Positions 31,292-43,865 of a stretch of DNA of 52,646 bases are shown one piece after another. Position numbers and translations under genes: made by a program. The notes beneath the pieces are model-generated. The model saw nothing but the letters and a program-made list of their open reading frames with translations. It was not told the DNA's origin and searched no databases. Within the stretch, counting starts at the first letter, position 1. Each line of letters begins with the position of its first letter. Source of the stretch: a bacterium (lineage in GTDB: Bacteria; SAR324; NAC60-12); assembly GCA_965233585.1 (NCBI GenBank), contig CBDDTI010000328.1:1-52646 (forward strand), written 5' to 3'.

Positions 31292-32052
31292 TTTAGTTAC
31301 CTTTGATAGCGAATGGCAGAAGATCTTCTTTCAACGAATGTTCAAACTTATAATGAATGAATTTGAAAATATGACCGCGTTTTTATACAATTTTTGGTGG
31401 GAAATAGTTTGGCGCATTTACGAGCCAATTGCACGAGAAAAAATTAATGATAAATTAAGCACAAAAAAATTAAAGATATCCACAGCAAATTACAAATCTT
31501 GAGCATGAGAAACATTAAGTACTTAGAAAAATTAATGGTGATTTGATCGAGTTTTGACAAATATAATTTGTTACAAATATGAACTAGTTGAATGAGAAAA
31601 ATTGATGGAAAATACACGCACACACACACGCACTCACACACACCATGAGCACTCATTTTCCGTAATTTTCTTGAACCATTGTTTAATTCACAATTTAACA
31701 TGTTCAAAAACACAAATTATCCGTAATTTCCTTGGGGCATTGTCTGTTAACGACTTGACGCGTTATAATTTAGGATGAACCAAAAACATTAATAAGAATT
31801 GACCTCAAACGCGTTCAGCATCGTTAAAATTTACAACCATTAGCGTCATAGCTTATTTATGCTGTGTAACCAATTAAAATCGATGAAACTTATCAGCTAC
31901 TTGCCCGCGCATGTGGAATCGAGAGCCCCTTAGAACATTGCCATACTGACACTCCCTTAAACTCAAGAAGGTTTAAAAAGAACCTACATTCGATGACAAA
32001 CGTCAGTGCAGATTTATTGTCGGAATAAATCACCCGCATTTAAAGCAATAAA

Positions 32053-33272
<1,220 letters not shown>

Positions 33273-33376
33273 AATAAAACGAGCAAAAATGTACATAGGC
33301 ATGAATGTATTTTGAGAAATAAAATGAAATGCGCATTTATTTTATTCAAATAAAAATAAAAACTAGATTATATGTA

Positions 33377-33749
33377 TTATACGGGAGTAGACAAATTTAG
33401 CCTGGTAGAAAGAGGAGGGTCAACGGTTGTTGAAGAATCCGCTGCAGGTTCCGTCCGAGGCATGTTGAATAACGGAGGAATCATGCTTGAAAAGTACGGC
33501 CGTCTATGATAAACCTAAAAAATAATTTATATATAATAAGCGATTTAAAAATAATAATAAATTTCCTACCGTATACTCGGTGTTGGTCGCTTGATCTACT
33601 TTTTCGGGAATTGGCAAAAAAGTAGTTGCATCGGACGGCAACGCCGATGCAGTTGACTCAAACGGCAAAATTTCGACGCTTGATTCTTCCACAGCCTCGT
33701 CGTTTGCCGATGAATCTGCAGCAGCTTGTATTGAAATCATTTCAATAGG
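33377..33749 (-). CDS. Spliced low-complexity protein, 3' exons (33749-33570, 33514-33377); 5' end uncertain, possibly truncated by copy 2
   Basis: A 55-nt GT-AG intron joins ..ATNTEYT/VYHRRPYF..STPV*. A strong T-rich acceptor lies just upstream of 33749. Confidence 0.55.
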
Positions 33750-33952
33750 CTAAAAAAAAATAGAATAGACAAAATATTTTATAAACACTCTCATTCGAGC
33801 TTGTTACGCTCTCAAAACACCTTAAAACGTTCTCAAAACACCTTAAAACAGGCTGAAACCGTCTTTCAACCATCCGTTTACCGATAAAAACCATCTTGAT
33901 GCGCTCTCAAAACACCTTGATGGCATCTACATTGAGCCTGTTTCAACCTGAA

Positions 33953-34244
33953 ATCGGCTTGTAATCGTCTGCAACCGGCTTGTTTTCGTCTGCAATCGGC
34001 TTGCAACAACCTCAATCGAGCCTGCAATCGGCTTGTTTTCGTCTGCAATCGGCTTGCAACAACCTCAATCGAGCCTGTAATCGGCTTGTTTTCGTCTGCA
34101 ATCGGCTTGCAACAGGCTCAATCGAGCCTGTAATCGGCTTGTTTTCGTCTGCAATCGGCTTGCAACAGGCTCAATCGAGCCTGTAATCGGCTTGTTTTCG
34201 TCTGCAATCGGCCTGTTGCAAGCCGATTGCAAGCCGTTTGCAAC
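33953..34244. repeat. Subterminal 53-bp tandem repeat array, copy 2
   Basis: Near-identical to 13684-13975. Confidence 0.9.
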
Positions 34245-35847
34245 CTCAATTTTTTCACTTTCCACGTCTTGAATCAGTTCGGGGGCGCGAAGAAAGGTTC
34301 TGAGAACGAAAAACGTCAATTTCCGTGCGGTTTGATTGTTCGTCAAATATATCCTTTCATGTCCAAACTTCATGTCTTTAAAATTAAACCAACTCGCGCG
34401 CCAACGCGTTTTAAATTTCAATTCGCGCCGTAAGCAAAGATTTAGGCTCAAATTTTAATCACGTTAGGGGAAGGGGTGTCCAAATGCTTTTCCTCAACAT
34501 TGATGTAACTGATTTCACAGTCAATTTTGATCAATCCAAAATTCAACACGTATCAAGAAATTCGGCACTTACCTTACAATTTCGTGGCAATCCTGAGAAT
34601 CTCCAAATTTTTAATTTATTTTGGATTTTCACGAATGCCACAACATTGTGAGCAAGCAACAACCAAATATTTTAAAAGTGATAAAAGAAAAAACTGTTAG
34701 GTTTCATGCTTTTATTGTTTGGCTGCGTGGTCTGAAATTCCCCAAAAAATAATTCGGATCTCCAACAAACGATAAAATTATGATCAACCATCATCCCATC
34801 TAAACACACATCCTCAAGTCAGAAAAAATTACAACGTTTCATGTTTTTTAGTGAATATGAAGGGTTTAAATTTTTATCGAATTTATTTAGATTTTTCATA
34901 ATCACTTTAAAACGTCAAACAATCTACAATTTTGTTTTAATTTCAAAATCATTATTTTTCTGTTGCCAAGATTGTTATTCACGATTTTTTGGTCCTTGTG
35001 TACATTTTAGAATGAGTTTGGAATTTCTCAGTCTATTTTGTACGCAAAAAACCAGAAAATCATAAACAACGGAATATCTTCATCCTAATTGTCAAGAACA
35101 TTTTCTCTCACGCTTTTTTGACCTTTGTGTAGCTGCTAAATTATTTTATTAAGCTCTACCCAAGGGCCGATAAATCATGAGAAGGCACTTCAAATACTCC
35201 ACCGAATAAAATTTTATAAAATGTGACATGTCGATTTAATTTGTGAGTGGTTTCTTCATCATCCATCAAGAATACCGTTCTTTACACTCTTTTGGCAGTA
35301 TGTGAAGCTCAAATTTTTTCCATAAATTATTTGCGTTTTACAAACGCCTTAAGATTGTAAATAATCCGCCACATCGTCATTAAGAAGATTATTCTCTCAG
35401 GTTTTTTCGCCGTCGATTATTTGCTTAAATTTTATTTTATCAAGCAAATACTCTACGGTTTATAAACCATGAGAAGTTACTTCGAATACTCCGCCGAATA
35501 TGTGTTAATATTAGCAAATGCGTTTGTGATTGTTTTCATCATTAATTGTGAACATCGGCTTCTCGTTCTTTTGGTAATTGTACAGCTCAAATTTTTTAAA
35601 AATAATTTGAGCCCTACAAATGCCTTAAGATTGGAAGCAATCTACATCGTCGGAAGCACATTCAAGCGCAAGACTTCATTGACAAGAACATTGGTCATGC
35701 TTTTTAAATTCCTGTACGACGGCTCGATTTTAATTTATCAAGTCACGTGCAAGAATTTGAAAATTGTGACAACCACGTCGGAACTTCGAGCGCGCTTTTA
35801 ATATTTATTAGAAATGTCTGTGTAACATATCGTTTCAGTTGTGCATC

Positions 35848-36249
35848 ATGAGTGGTCAAGACAACAAGCAGTCAAAATCATCATCGTCGCACAATTCCGA
35901 CTGGGGAGACGAATATACCGGTCCTGATGTTACCGGTATTTATGATACTTCAGACCCGAACCGCGTTGTGCATCATTCTTTGCGTCGTATGTGCGCGCAT
36001 CTTCGTAAAATCAACGAAGCATTGGAATCTTTGGACAGTGAATTAGTGCAGTACAGGGCTTGCATCAAAGACAAACTTCTTGGCAAACTCAATAATTCAC
36101 GCGACTCCGATACCAAATTGTGGTGGCATCGTGAAATTTCAAATGAAATGAAAGTGTTTCATTTTTATGCGTCATTTTGCATGAAATTGTTGTGTAAAGA
36201 TTTCTGTTTAGAACATTATCCAATTCGTGAAGAAGTAGTAGAAGTATGA
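35848..36249 (+). CDS. Hypothetical protein (copy of 15606-16007)
   Basis: Near-identical translation. Confidence 0.65.
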   Translation: MSGQDNKQSKSSSSHNSDWGDEYTGPDVTGIYDTSDPNRVVHHSLRRMCAHLRKINEALESLDSELVQYRACIKDKLLGKLNNSRDSDTKLWWHREISNEMKVFHFYASFCMKLLCKDFCLEHYPIREEVVEV

Positions 36250-36551
36250 GCGTCTCTTTGCGCCAAACGACGAGCTCTGACCGAGATAAAAAATCTCGTT
36301 TCGAAGAAGTAGACCAAGATACGTTTCATCAAGATTTGCAATCTCCTGATCTCTGTCCAAAAAACGATTGCTGTAGCGTGTGCGCGATGTTTTTATCAAT
36401 TTTTGTGATTACTTCCGTTTTTCTTTGGTTAATGTACGGACTAACTTATAACGGTTTAAAGGCGCTTAATCTTGCGAATCAGACTTTAGTAGATATTTCT
36501 TTATTAAATCTCACCAATAATTCGTTATTTTCAAATAAATTGTTTTATTGA
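36246..36551 (+). CDS. Hypothetical membrane protein (copy of 16004-16309)
   Basis: Near-identical translation with the same hydrophobic segment. Confidence 0.6.
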   Translation: MSVSLRQTTSSDRDKKSRFEEVDQDTFHQDLQSPDLCPKNDCCSVCAMFLSIFVITSVFLWLMYGLTYNGLKALNLANQTLVDISLLNLTNNSLFSNKLFY

Positions 36552-36559
36552 AATATAAT

Positions 36560-38299
36560 TTAAATTGGATTTTTAATTACAATGTTTAAAATTACTCTTC
36601 GATCGTCGTTAAATTCAATCAAATTTCCGTCTAATCTCCTGAGTTCGATCTTTATGTCGTCTAAATAATCAACATTGCATCTTATGAATTCTAAATGTTC
36701 GAAATGGATAGAACAGTAGTCATTTTGTGTGGATTGACCGATTGTTGGTATAACTCTAAATATTGGGTAAAATTTGTCTCCAATAATGGAATGTTGAACA
36801 AAATTTGCATAACATATCATAACTCCAGGATATAATTTGTAAACGTCCATTGGTTTTGGTGCTTCAAAAAATCTTTCCTTAGCCACTGCAAGCGTGACGT
36901 AATCACCTCGTTCCTCAATTCTTGCAAGTTCTCTCTCCGAGTAATCGTACATTCCTAAAAACGGGCAAAAGTTTTTGGGAATGCTTATTGAAAAAGGTTT
37001 ATTTGTTTTAGCCACAATCCTAAAGAACCCATTAAAATTTTCAAAATGTAAAATTTTCTTTAGTTCTTCGGATAACAGGCGGTTCATTGATGTTGTTAAA
37101 TCATCGGAGTTGCAGAAATAAAGTTCTGGTATTTCCACGACGTGTCTTTTTGTTTCGTTCTGGTTTATCAACACATTTAAGATAAACGGATTCCTTCCAA
37201 TTGATTTTGGAATGCTACATATGGTGTTGGGAAAAGATATATCCATCAAGGCTATTTTTGCGTTTTGATTTAAACTTATCGGATGTTTTAAGTGTGCCCA
37301 AAAACTACTATTTGTATTTTCGTAGTTCAATTTGGTATCTACTTGTGAATCGATTCGTACGTGCGTTAATTCGTAATCCATATTTTTGTCTTTTTCTTTT
37401 AAATGAAAATGCACTATAGACGGCTGACCTTCGTTTAAACTTAAAAGATTCCCAAAAGAATCTGTAAATTGAGTGTTTATCGTTTCAATATTAGATTGTC
37501 GCACTTGATAATATCTGATATTTTTTACATTATGGTAAAAATAATGACCTTCCATTTGATTTGGCAAAGTCGTTGTAAACATAATTGTGGAGTAACTATT
37601 TCCGCTGGGAACGTCAGAAATAATATTTGATTTTATTTGAACCAGACCGGGTTTCAAAACGGAATACACTTTAATTGCTGTAGTTAGAAGCGCAAAATTT
37701 TTCTTTACAGAAAAATAGACATATTCGTTGTCGAAAAACTTGATTGATTTTGCTTGGGAGGATACAAAACCGTTTTGGTAGTATTTTAAATTTAAAATTT
37801 TTATAAAATGTTTATGTATCAAAAAATATCTATTATAATTGTAATTTTCATTTTCCATTTCTTTTTTCGGGTTTTCATCTATTACGTAAGCTTTTTCATC
37901 TTTACCCCCTGATTTGGGTTCAAAATTATACAATCTCATTCCTTCCTTGTAAATATATTGCATCAAATTTTGCATCAGTCTATGCACTGTCAAATCCTCT
38001 TCATCTAAATTAGGCAAAACCCAAATGGATTTTGTCTGGTCTAAAATTTCGGACCTTATGTCTTCTTCCGAAGAATGTATAGATGTTAATTCGTTTTTTA
38101 GCGTGATGAAACAAGGTTGGCCTTTTGACAAAGTCAATTGGTTGTAGTTGTAATGTAATCCAATAGACACTACCCCAATTTCCCATTCTCTATTTTTCAA
38201 GTCTAAACTTTGTGGAAATAAATTGGTAAAAGAATTCAAAGTATTTTTGTCATCCGTATCGGAACTAGCGTTTGACACGCAATAAATATTATAATCCAT
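36560..38299 (-). CDS. Tandem two-domain minor capsid protein, copy 2
   Basis: 579 aa, same motifs as 16318-18057. Confidence 0.8.
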   Translation of the reverse strand: MDYNIYCVSNASSDTDDKNTLNSFTNLFPQSLDLKNREWEIGVVSIGLHYNYNQLTLSKGQPCFITLKNELTSIHSSEEDIRSEILDQTKSIWVLPNLDEEDLTVHRLMQNLMQYIYKEGMRLYNFEPKSGGKDEKAYVIDENPKKEMENENYNYNRYFLIHKHFIKILNLKYYQNGFVSSQAKSIKFFDNEYVYFSVKKNFALLTTAIKVYSVLKPGLVQIKSNIISDVPSGNSYSTIMFTTTLPNQMEGHYFYHNVKNIRYYQVRQSNIETINTQFTDSFGNLLSLNEGQPSIVHFHLKEKDKNMDYELTHVRIDSQVDTKLNYENTNSSFWAHLKHPISLNQNAKIALMDISFPNTICSIPKSIGRNPFILNVLINQNETKRHVVEIPELYFCNSDDLTTSMNRLLSEELKKILHFENFNGFFRIVAKTNKPFSISIPKNFCPFLGMYDYSERELARIEERGDYVTLAVAKERFFEAPKPMDVYKLYPGVMICYANFVQHSIIGDKFYPIFRVIPTIGQSTQNDYCSIHFEHLEFIRCNVDYLDDIKIELRRLDGNLIEFNDDRRVILNIVIKNPI

Positions 38300-38305
38300 T
38301 CCGTG

Positions 38306-39394
38306 TTATTGTGGCATATCAACTATGTCTTTTTCGTATGTCCAACTAGGGTTTTTATACCCTTTCCATTTTATTAAAGCCATTTTTTCTCCGGTTTTTT
38401 TATCTTTTTTTGTCCGAAGAATTTTTTCGATGGCAAATACTTCTGGCTCATCTACGGGTGTAAGTTCACTCTCATAAAAATTTCCTTCTAAAGTTTCATC
38501 CTGTTCTAAAGTCTCCAACTCATAAGTGGGTTTTGGCAAACGTGTAGAAATTGATTTTATTTTAAAAATTTCTTCTTTGAATTGTGGTGTAAATCCTCTG
38601 TCAAATTTTCCCTTCATAATGCTAATACGCACGGTTTGGCCGATTTTGTATTTTGGTTTCATTCTTTTAATCTTTGAATAAACCAATTCTTGTTTTCTTC
38701 TAATTTGATAGGTTTTTCCGGGGAGTTCTGCTTCAGCGGGTGTCATTCCAATCATGCGATGTTTACGATTGTTGTAGGTATGGACAAGAAATGGTAACGC
38801 GTCAATGTACCTGTCAGTATTTTCGTGAGTCATGTATTTGAACAACAGGTTTTTTAAAGTTCGGTTAAATCTTTCCACAAAGGGGGCGTGCACAAAATTA
38901 TTGCTGTGTAACAAAAGAATGTTATTGTTTTTGCAGTAGGCTTGAAATAATTTATTCTTAATTTCCGCTCCTTTATCGGCTAAAATTCTACGCGGAAATT
39001 GTTTTGCTCTTTTCATAATAGATTCAAACCCTTCCATAAATGTTTTTGCCGTTTTATTAATAAGTGGTTCTACAAAGGCGAATCGTGTAAAAATATCGAT
39101 GGCTGTCAAAAGGTATCTATTAGAATCATTTTGTTCAGCCAAATTTCCTAAATCTATAAGGTCAATTTGAAACTGATACCGTTTCCGATAAGCAAATGTT
39201 GGATTTCTCGGTCTGGGAAATTTAGCCTGTTTGTGTAATGTGTAAGAGTCTGTTCCTTTTAGCCACTCCTCGATTAACGTCAGAGGGATTTTTTTCTCAT
39301 AATAATGATAAATTAGCGCGGGAGACGCAAAAGCTATTGGTGAACCCGGTTTCGCGTATTCTTTTAAAAAAGTCTCTTTCGTTGTTATCGACAT
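38306..39394 (-). CDS. rve integrase with chromodomain, copy 2
   Basis: DDE motifs intact. Confidence 0.95.
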   Translation of the reverse strand: MSITTKETFLKEYAKPGSPIAFASPALIYHYYEKKIPLTLIEEWLKGTDSYTLHKQAKFPRPRNPTFAYRKRYQFQIDLIDLGNLAEQNDSNRYLLTAIDIFTRFAFVEPLINKTAKTFMEGFESIMKRAKQFPRRILADKGAEIKNKLFQAYCKNNNILLLHSNNFVHAPFVERFNRTLKNLLFKYMTHENTDRYIDALPFLVHTYNNRKHRMIGMTPAEAELPGKTYQIRRKQELVYSKIKRMKPKYKIGQTVRISIMKGKFDRGFTPQFKEEIFKIKSISTRLPKPTYELETLEQDETLEGNFYESELTPVDEPEVFAIEKILRTKKDKKTGEKMALIKWKGYKNPSWTYEKDIVDMPQ

Positions 39395-39796
39395 TTAAAA
39401 CAGAGGTTCTTTAGAAATTTTGCGCCTTTTTTTCCTAGATTGCGTGATTGACGAGGATTTCCTTTTTTTGTTTGAATTTTGAGTTCGATAATCGTCGTTG
39501 CTATCGGCTTGTCGGGCAGCGTTAAGCAAAATACCTCGCGTAGCGGATTTCAAACGTTGTTTTGCTTTTCTGCCCACCGGTTGACCCTCCAAAGCTTCTA
39601 TTGCCGTTTCTACAGCCGCTCTTGTCGCTTCTTTCTTTAAAGCTTTTCCTACAGATTTTATCGGGGCGCTTTTAGCTACACGTCCAATAGTTTTTATCGT
39701 TGATTTCGCTACCGGCATTAATCCGCGAAAAATTCCGGAAAAAAGCGATCCAATTCCCGAACCTCGTTGCCAATGTAAACCGCTGTGGTAATTCAT
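39395..39796 (-). CDS. Basic QRGxG core-type protein, copy 2
   Basis: As 19153-19554. Confidence 0.75.
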   Translation of the reverse strand: MNYHSGLHWQRGSGIGSLFSGIFRGLMPVAKSTIKTIGRVAKSAPIKSVGKALKKEATRAAVETAIEALEGQPVGRKAKQRLKSATRGILLNAARQADSNDDYRTQNSNKKRKSSSITQSRKKRRKISKEPLF

Positions 39797-39805
39797 ATAT
39801 GTATT

Positions 39806-40564
39806 TTATTGATTTAGACTTTTACGACATCTGTACAACGACATAACACTGACGCCTAAAATGTGAGCCATATTTTTGACGCTTAAATACCTCAATTTGG
39901 ATTCTTTTAAAAAGGCATAAGCGCATGCAGCTAATAAAGTTCTTGGAGCAAAAGAACTATTTTCATTTTTTTTTAATATTTGTTCAACGGACGTCATTTC
40001 TTGATAATTTAACTGCAGCGGCTGTAAAAAATATTCTTTCATATCTTTTGCCTTTATGTAATTGTCTAATTTATTCATGTCAGTCAAATCCCGTCTGTAT
40101 AATTTCATCCAACGCCACACTATCTTTGGATTAATGCCGACTTCTTGACACAAATGACTTATCGGGCGGGGAATTTTTTCTTTTATTAACCCCTGATACA
40201 ACGTCATTACCACCAATCCTTTAGCATCCATTTTAATTTTTCCGCCTTTTTGATAATGCCACGCTGCTATATCTGACCATAGATTTAAAATAACATTTGT
40301 AACATCATTATTTAAATGTAATTTATTACATAAAATTTTTAAAATATTTTTTTCTTTCTCTAAATGCTGGTTTTTTTGTTTAATTTCTTTATCAAATGTT
40401 TTTATTTTGTCCCATTCTGTTTCCAAATTTGATTTTGTTAAATTATAACAATATATTTTATCAATAACTAATCCACACTCGGTACACACCACGTCTCCTT
40501 GCCTGGTGTCTTCTACTGGATATTGATGATTGCATATTTTAGTATAATCTACTTTCTCGTGCAT
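39806..40564 (-). CDS. TFIIB-like protein, copy 2
   Basis: Zn ribbon plus two cyclin repeats, intact. Confidence 0.88.
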   Translation of the reverse strand: MHEKVDYTKICNHQYPVEDTRQGDVVCTECGLVIDKIYCYNLTKSNLETEWDKIKTFDKEIKQKNQHLEKEKNILKILCNKLHLNNDVTNVILNLWSDIAAWHYQKGGKIKMDAKGLVVMTLYQGLIKEKIPRPISHLCQEVGINPKIVWRWMKLYRRDLTDMNKLDNYIKAKDMKEYFLQPLQLNYQEMTSVEQILKKNENSSFAPRTLLAACAYAFLKESKLRYLSVKNMAHILGVSVMSLYRCRKSLNQ

Positions 40565-40620
40565 GATTTCAATGTTTATTGTATAGATATCAAAACTCGA
40601 CTAAATAAACATTATTCACA

Positions 40621-41163
40621 TCATTCAATTTTATATTTTTTTAATAATTTAATAATAATTTTTATTCCTTGTTTAGCATCTTCTTCGCTGGAGGCTCCAA
40701 TTATAACTATTTTTCCTGACGAAAATATTAAAGCTGAACATTTTTTTATTTTTAAAAATACGCCTGGGAATTTTTCTGGATCATATCTCTTAAGAATAAT
40801 TTCAAAATCTTTATTCGATTTTAAATGGTTGTATAATTTTAATAATTTAATCTCTTCTTTTGATTGATACAAACAAGTCATGTTTTCTACTTTAAATATT
40901 TCAACAACAAATTCGTTACTTATAATAAATTTTAGTTCGTCTAATGCTTTCGCAATGTGTTCTGTAGAGGGGATTTTTGTAATGTTTACGTGAAAATGAC
41001 GATTTTGCTTTGTTTTGGTAAATATAATAAAGGAATATTTTTTTCTTATTACAACAAAATTATTATAACGTTTTATTGTATTATCAGTATTAAAAGAGAT
41101 TTCGTCGCTGTTGATAAGATGAACTTTACAACTAATTTTTACATTGCTGACCAACACTTCCAT
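40621..41163 (-). CDS. TBP-like protein, copy 2
   Basis: YDPEKFPG..LIFSSGKIVIIGA intact. Confidence 0.92.
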   Translation of the reverse strand: MEVLVSNVKISCKVHLINSDEISFNTDNTIKRYNNFVVIRKKYSFIIFTKTKQNRHFHVNITKIPSTEHIAKALDELKFIISNEFVVEIFKVENMTCLYQSKEEIKLLKLYNHLKSNKDFEIILKRYDPEKFPGVFLKIKKCSALIFSSGKIVIIGASSEEDAKQGIKIIIKLLKKYKIE

Positions 41164-41169
41164 TTTGTT

Positions 41170-42513
41170 ATGGGCGTACCTGAAAAAAGTGGAATTGCCG
41201 GATTGGCCGTTGAACAAAACGACGGCACCGAAAGTGGTTTAGCGCTTCACTCACCGTTAGAAGTAGAAACGGGTTTATTAGATGGAGCTCACGTTATTTA
41301 CAATAGCGTGGCTTCTATCACCAATACCGGACCGGTCGAATTTCTTGTTCCTCGCGATAACGAATGCTCTTTTATACTGAATCAAACCAGACTTAGCGGC
41401 TATTTTGTAGTGACAAATGACGATGGTGAACAGGTAAAAAATGATACTAAAGCCACACTGGCTAATCATTTTGCCGCTTGTTTATTCAGCCAAGTAGAAG
41501 TATATTTAAACGGGGTCCAAGTAGCTGATTTAAGTTCAGCGGTCACTTATCCTTGGAGAATGTTCATACAATCATTTTTAAGTTACAATTCAGAGGTGAA
41601 AAAAACTTATCTGGCTGCTGAAGGGTATTATCCCGAAAATGCTGACGAAGTTGATACCATAAATCTTACAGCCGCCACACCTTCTTTGAATAAAAGAAAG
41701 CAGTTAATTATGGACGGTAAAAAAGTGTATTTTAATACGCGCTTAGCCGTTGATCTGTTTGACACCGACAGATTTTTACCCCCAAATGTGGATATCAAAA
41801 TCAAGCTGGTTAGATCCGCTGAAAAGTTTGGTTTGCTTCAAGATGCTGCGGCAGAAAAACCTTTTAAAATTGTTTTAAAAGATGTTAAACTACATATGAG
41901 AAAAGTGTTGCCCACATTATTGCTGCGAGAAAGTTTTAAAAACAAACTTTTAAAAGAACCGTGCTACCTACCTTTTAGCGCTACACGTTTAAGACATTAT
42001 GTTATTCCTCAAGGTGTGTCGTCCTTCAACATCGCTAATATCGCTAATGGTACTTTACCGAAACAAGTGTTTTTTGTGATGGTTCACAATCAAGCCATGT
42101 CACACGCCCCGGACAAAAACCCTTTCAACTTTCAACATTTTAATCTGTCTACTTTTAATTTAAAAAAGAACGGTCAATGCGTATTTCCCAGACCATTTCA
42201 ACCTAATATAAACGAGGGGGATGCCATTGACTTGTATCGGCATTTATACGACAGTATTGGCATTTCGCACGGCAATCAATCCATCGGTTTAACGTATGAA
42301 CAATATTTAAAAGGAAGATTTTTTCTAGCGGCCGATTTAACACCGGATCAATGTAATTCGTTCCACGTGCATCCAGAAAATTACGGAAATTTAGATTTAG
42401 AATTGGCTTTTTCCGTAATAACTCCTCATCCTATATACGTTCTGGCTTTTTCTGTTTTCAACTCCGGCATCAAAATAGATCAATTCCAACAAGTTATAAA
42501 AGGAACAAATTAA
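41170..42513 (+). CDS. Major capsid protein, copy 2
   Basis: I count 5 amino-acid differences from copy 1. Confidence 0.92.
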   Translation: MGVPEKSGIAGLAVEQNDGTESGLALHSPLEVETGLLDGAHVIYNSVASITNTGPVEFLVPRDNECSFILNQTRLSGYFVVTNDDGEQVKNDTKATLANHFAACLFSQVEVYLNGVQVADLSSAVTYPWRMFIQSFLSYNSEVKKTYLAAEGYYPENADEVDTINLTAATPSLNKRKQLIMDGKKVYFNTRLAVDLFDTDRFLPPNVDIKIKLVRSAEKFGLLQDAAAEKPFKIVLKDVKLHMRKVLPTLLLRESFKNKLLKEPCYLPFSATRLRHYVIPQGVSSFNIANIANGTLPKQVFFVMVHNQAMSHAPDKNPFNFQHFNLSTFNLKKNGQCVFPRPFQPNINEGDAIDLYRHLYDSIGISHGNQSIGLTYEQYLKGRFFLAADLTPDQCNSFHVHPENYGNLDLELAFSVITPHPIYVLAFSVFNSGIKIDQFQQVIKGTN

Positions 42514-42516
42514 ATC

Positions 42517-42999
42517 ATGGAAAACGGATTATCAAATATCTTTTTATCCAATTATATTCAACCAAGATGTAAATATTTCATCGGGGTTTTTTCAAGCGAT
42601 AATTTGCCGTCTGATTCGCTTAAGTTGCCTTGTTGCTTAATCACTAACTTATCCAAAAAAAATCAAAAAGGATCACATTTCATAGCGATGTATATTAACG
42701 GAAAAAATCAACTCTATTATTTTGATTCATTCGGTTTTTTACCGCCGATATGGAATCGATCTTTAATGAAGTTTTTACGACCTTGGATAGAAAAAAACTC
42801 ATTCAAAACAATTCTGTCTTACTCCATTCAGGATTTTCATTCATTGTTTTGCGGCTGGTACGTGACCGCTTTTTGTTTATCCGTGGGCAACAATTTAATG
42901 TCTCCTCAACAATTTGTTAAAATATTTGTAAAAAAACCCAAAATAAAAAATGATGAAATTGTAACTCATTTTATAAAAAAACTTGAAAATAAACGATGA
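42517..42999 (+). CDS. Adenain-like protease, copy 2
   Basis: His/Asp/Gln/Cys motifs intact. Confidence 0.93.
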   Translation: MENGLSNIFLSNYIQPRCKYFIGVFSSDNLPSDSLKLPCCLITNLSKKNQKGSHFIAMYINGKNQLYYFDSFGFLPPIWNRSLMKFLRPWIEKNSFKTILSYSIQDFHSLFCGWYVTAFCLSVGNNLMSPQQFVKIFVKKPKIKNDEIVTHFIKKLENKR

Positions 43000-43016
43000 T
43001 ATATATTTTACTTTTA

Positions 43017-43862
43017 TTATAATTTTGGGTATTTTCCCGGAAAAAGTAATTTTTTTTTAACAGCATCTGCATCAGTTTTTGAAAGTTTTTTTGATTTAGA
43101 TCTAGTTTGTACGGGAGAAATAGTAAAAGTTTTCTTTTTTGCACCTCCTGATCCTGTTTTGAGGGATGATATTGAAGCCGAAGGGGACTTTGATGCTTGT
43201 GAAGAGACCGAGGCTATATCTTTACCGATTTTTTCTGTGTCAAATATAGACAATTCTTTCATATGATCTCTTACAAGGTGTTTGCCGAATTGCGCATCGT
43301 CAACATACTGCTTCCCGCATGCGCTAAAAGGACAAACTATTTTGCCGTCTGAATTTTTTTGTGTCAAAGCCTTTATGATAGGCGAATTTCGCCATTCTGG
43401 CACGTCAGAACTTAAAGTATCGTCCTTGCTTTTTGGTTTTGAAGCGGTATAAAACAAGTCTGGATCGGGTTCTCTTTCCATAACGGGAGTAGTGGGTGAA
43501 AACTGAGCGGTATTTTCTTTTTGTTGGGGAGTTTGAGCGGTTGTTGATCTTGAAATAGATTGGTACGTGCGACCTGCACTGCTATCGATTTGTACTGGCG
43601 GCATAACATTCGATATATTATCAGAACCAAAACGATACAATTTATCGCCGCTTTGATTCATTTTTTGCCTGTCTTGTAAATTTTTAAAATTAATGGCATT
43701 TTCAATGTAATTGGTCGTATTTGGTTTTTCATTCATAGAAATAAGTTCTTTTTTTGTTTCATTATCTTCTATATTTTTTATTAAAGAATGATATAGTCTT
43801 TTGGGGACTAAAAACATTGAGTATATTTCATCATTTGTTTTTCTTTTCACGCCTGAACTCAT
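43017..43862 (-). CDS. C2H2 zinc-finger hypothetical protein, copy 2
   Basis: As 22775-23620. Confidence 0.75.
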   Translation of the reverse strand: MSSGVKRKTNDEIYSMFLVPKRLYHSLIKNIEDNETKKELISMNEKPNTTNYIENAINFKNLQDRQKMNQSGDKLYRFGSDNISNVMPPVQIDSSAGRTYQSISRSTTAQTPQQKENTAQFSPTTPVMEREPDPDLFYTASKPKSKDDTLSSDVPEWRNSPIIKALTQKNSDGKIVCPFSACGKQYVDDAQFGKHLVRDHMKELSIFDTEKIGKDIASVSSQASKSPSASISSLKTGSGGAKKKTFTISPVQTRSKSKKLSKTDADAVKKKLLFPGKYPKL

Positions 43863-43865
43863 CCT

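Noticed and set aside
31263..31502. 79-aa + strand ORF
   Set aside because: Interrupted by stop codons in copy 2 and has no recognisable motif.
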